Source: Bifidobacteriaceae bacterium
Lineage (GTDB): Bacteria > Actinomycetota > Actinomycetes > Actinomycetales > WQXJ01
Assembly (NCBI GenBank): GCA_031278655.1
Contig: JAITJZ010000036.1
Span: forward strand, 1,614-65,613
Reading direction: 5' to 3'
DNA length: 64,000 nt
Below are positions 62,044 through 64,000 of this stretch, piece after piece; position 1 is the first letter of the stretch, and every line of letters begins with the position of its first letter. The notes under the pieces were generated by a model. That model made no database searches. It was not told the origin of the DNA and was given only the letters and a program-made list of their open reading frames with translations. Made by a program: the position numbers and the translations under genes.

Positions 62044-63072
62044 TCACCAGATCACCGGGCTGGCGCTGGCGGTCCGCAGAACCTCGTCCAAGCGCAGGCA
62101 GGCGGCGCTGCGGCCGGGACCGACCCCTACCAGGCGCACATCACCGGAGGTGGTGCAAGCCGGGCGGGCGAAGGGGCAGCGCGGAGCGAAGGGACAACCG
62201 TCTTGGACGTCCCCCGCCACGACGGATGGCTTCGCGGCCAAAGACCGCGCGGTCCGCCGTTGCTCCTGGACCGCTACGTTCGGCACCGGCACAGCCGCGA
62301 TGAGTGACCGGGTATAAGGATGGGCCGGCTGGTCGCACACATCCGCCGCCGGACCTTGTTCCATGATCCGGCCCTTATAGAGCACAATCACGCGGTCGGA
62401 GATGTGACGGACCACGGCCATGTTGTGGGAAATGAACAGGTACGACGTTCCCGAATCCGCCTTCAGGTCCGCCAGCAGGTTGATGACTTGGGCTTGCACC
62501 GAGACATCGAGCGCGCTGACCGCCTCGTCACAGACGATCAGCTCCGGCGTCCGAATGATCGAGCGCGCGATTGAGACACGTTGACGTTGCCCGCCGGAGA
62601 ACTCGGCTGGGAAGCGCCTGAGCGCATCGGCGCCGATCCCCACCCGCCCGAGGGTCTCGGTCACCGACCGCAGCGTCTCATCCCTTCGCGGTCTGGCGCC
62701 GATTGTCAACGGCTCGGCCACGGACTCGCCAATCGTGAGCTTCGGGTCGAGCGAGCTGAAAGGATCTTGGAATACTGCCTGGATGTGGCGCGCGATGGCG
62801 CGTCGCCTCTTGATGCCCGCGTTCGTGATGTCCTCGCCCTGAAGCCTGATCGAGCCGGATTCGATCGCGCGCAATCCCAGGATCGCGCCGCCAATGGTGG
62901 ACTTGCCCGAGCCAGATTCGCCAACAATCGACACCGTCTCGCCCCGGGCCACTTTGAAGGTGATGTCGCGGACGGCCCGGAACGGCGGCCTGCGCATTCC
63001 CATGTGATACGAAACGGTCAGATCATCGACTTCAAGCAAGATGTCGGCATCGGACCCGTCCAAGGCGGTCAT
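62044..63072 (-). CDS. Oligopeptide/dipeptide ABC transporter ATP-binding protein (OppF/DppF-like)
   Basis: GESGSGKST, FQDPFSSL, FSGGQRQR, HPYT, GCPFAPRCP. Confidence 0.92.
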   Translation of the reverse strand: MTALDGSDADILLEVDDLTVSYHMGMRRPPFRAVRDITFKVARGETVSIVGESGSGKSTIGGAILGLRAIESGSIRLQGEDITNAGIKRRRAIARHIQAVFQDPFSSLDPKLTIGESVAEPLTIGARPRRDETLRSVTETLGRVGIGADALRRFPAEFSGGQRQRVSIARSIIRTPELIVCDEAVSALDVSVQAQVINLLADLKADSGTSYLFISHNMAVVRHISDRVIVLYKGRIMEQGPAADVCDQPAHPYTRSLIAAVPVPNVAVQEQRRTARSLAAKPSVVAGDVQDGCPFAPRCPFARPACTTSGDVRLVGVGPGRSAACLRLDEVLRTASASPVIW

Positions 63073-64000
63073 GGTCCCTCCTTCGCGGGCCGTTCGAGGC
63101 CAACGGGGAAAGCCTCGGCACCTGCGTTGAGCAGCACGCAACGAGCAGTCTGGCCCGGCCCTGCGGCCTGCGACATTGCGACTGGGCCAGACCGGCAGAC
63201 AGGCTCCACGCGCAGGCAGCGGTCGGCGAAGTGGCAGCTTGCCGGCCACTGAGCAGGAGGCGGCACCGAGCCCGGGATCGAGGCCAACGGGCGGCCGCGT
63301 TCGGCCACAATCGGGTTGGCGGCTATTAGAGCTTGGGTGTACGGGTGGGCCGGAGCCAAGAAGACGGTTGCGGCTGCGGCAGTCTCGACCACTTGGCCCG
63401 CGTACATCACGGCGGCCCGGTCGCAAATGTCCGCGACGACGCCTAAGTCGTGGGTTATCAGGATCATCGCCATGCCGGTTTCATCGCGCAGCGAACGCAG
63501 CAAGTCGAGGATCTCGGCCTGAATAGTGACGTCGAGGGCGGTCGTGATTTCATCGGCGATGAGCAGTTTTGGCCGGCCGGCCAGCGCCAGCGCGATCAAT
63601 ACTCTTTGGGCCATGCCGCCGGACAGTTCGTGGGGGAACTTCTTCGCCACATCGTCCGGGTTGGGCAAACCGACCATGGTCAGCAACTCGGAAACGCGCG
63701 CCCGGCGCGCGCCCGCCCGCAGGCCATCGTGGCGGCCGACAACCTCACCCAGGTGGCTGCCCACGCTGAAGCAGGGATCCAGGGCGACCATCGGGTCCTG
63801 TGAGACATAGGCGATACCTTTCCCGCGGACTTGGGCGCGGGCTTTGCGGCCGACGCCCAGCAAGTTTTGCCCCAAGAAGCTGACATCGCCACTGACCCGG
63901 GCCGTCCGGCCCAGTGAGCCCAGGATGGCTGAAGCGGTGACCGTCTTGCCGCAGCCCGACTCGCCTACAATCCCAAGCGTCTCGCCCGTGTCAACGGTCA
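63069..64000 (-). CDS. Oligopeptide/dipeptide ABC transporter ATP-binding protein (OppD/DppD-like), 5' end beyond the window
   Basis: GIVGESGCGKTVT near the right edge, QDPM.ALDP, LSGGMAQR, HPYT. Confidence 0.92.
   Translation of the reverse strand, partial: TVDTGETLGIVGESGCGKTVTASAILGSLGRTARVSGDVSFLGQNLLGVGRKARAQVRGKGIAYVSQDPMVALDPCFSVGSHLGEVVGRHDGLRAGARRARVSELLTMVGLPNPDDVAKKFPHELSGGMAQRVLIALALAGRPKLLIADEITTALDVTIQAEILDLLRSLRDETGMAMILITHDLGVVADICDRAAVMYAGQVVETAAAATVFLAPAHPYTQALIAANPIVAERGRPLASIPGSVPPPAQWPASCHFADRCLRVEPVCRSGPVAMSQAAGPGQTARCVLLNAGAEAFPVGLERPAKEGP

Overview
Core-chromosome window of a very high-GC actinobacterium (gene content and order look Micrococcales/Actinomycetales-like; this is inference). 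Most of it is housekeeping: gcvTHP, tyrS, argH, argS-lysA-hom-thrB-rho-rpmE-prfA, lepA-hemW, rpsT, holA, rplU-rpmA-obgE-proB, rne, and recG-rsmD-coaD-yceD-rpmF-rnc. The most unusual part is the 34-56 kb respiratory/heme block. It holds (i) a CydB of 777 aa with an in-frame extracytoplasmic insertion of about 390 aa; (ii) a hmuTUV heme-uptake operon, preceded by a DtxR/IdeR-like box, that continues into two secreted proteins with divergent HtaA-like domains (one ending in a WxL-like domain) and a DUF916-like WxL partner; (iii) cydAB split from cydDC by rne, best explained by an inversion; and (iv) a DosS/DosR-like pair whose sensor lacks the heme-ligating His. Also present: a small RelE/YafQ-type toxin-antitoxin islet with an IS256 relic between two tRNAs, a nucleobase permease/cysteine hydrolase/ADP-ribosylglycohydrolase operon, a relic gene end upstream of rne, and recurrent short tandem duplications at stop codons. 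All family calls come from motif recognition by eye; no searches were run.
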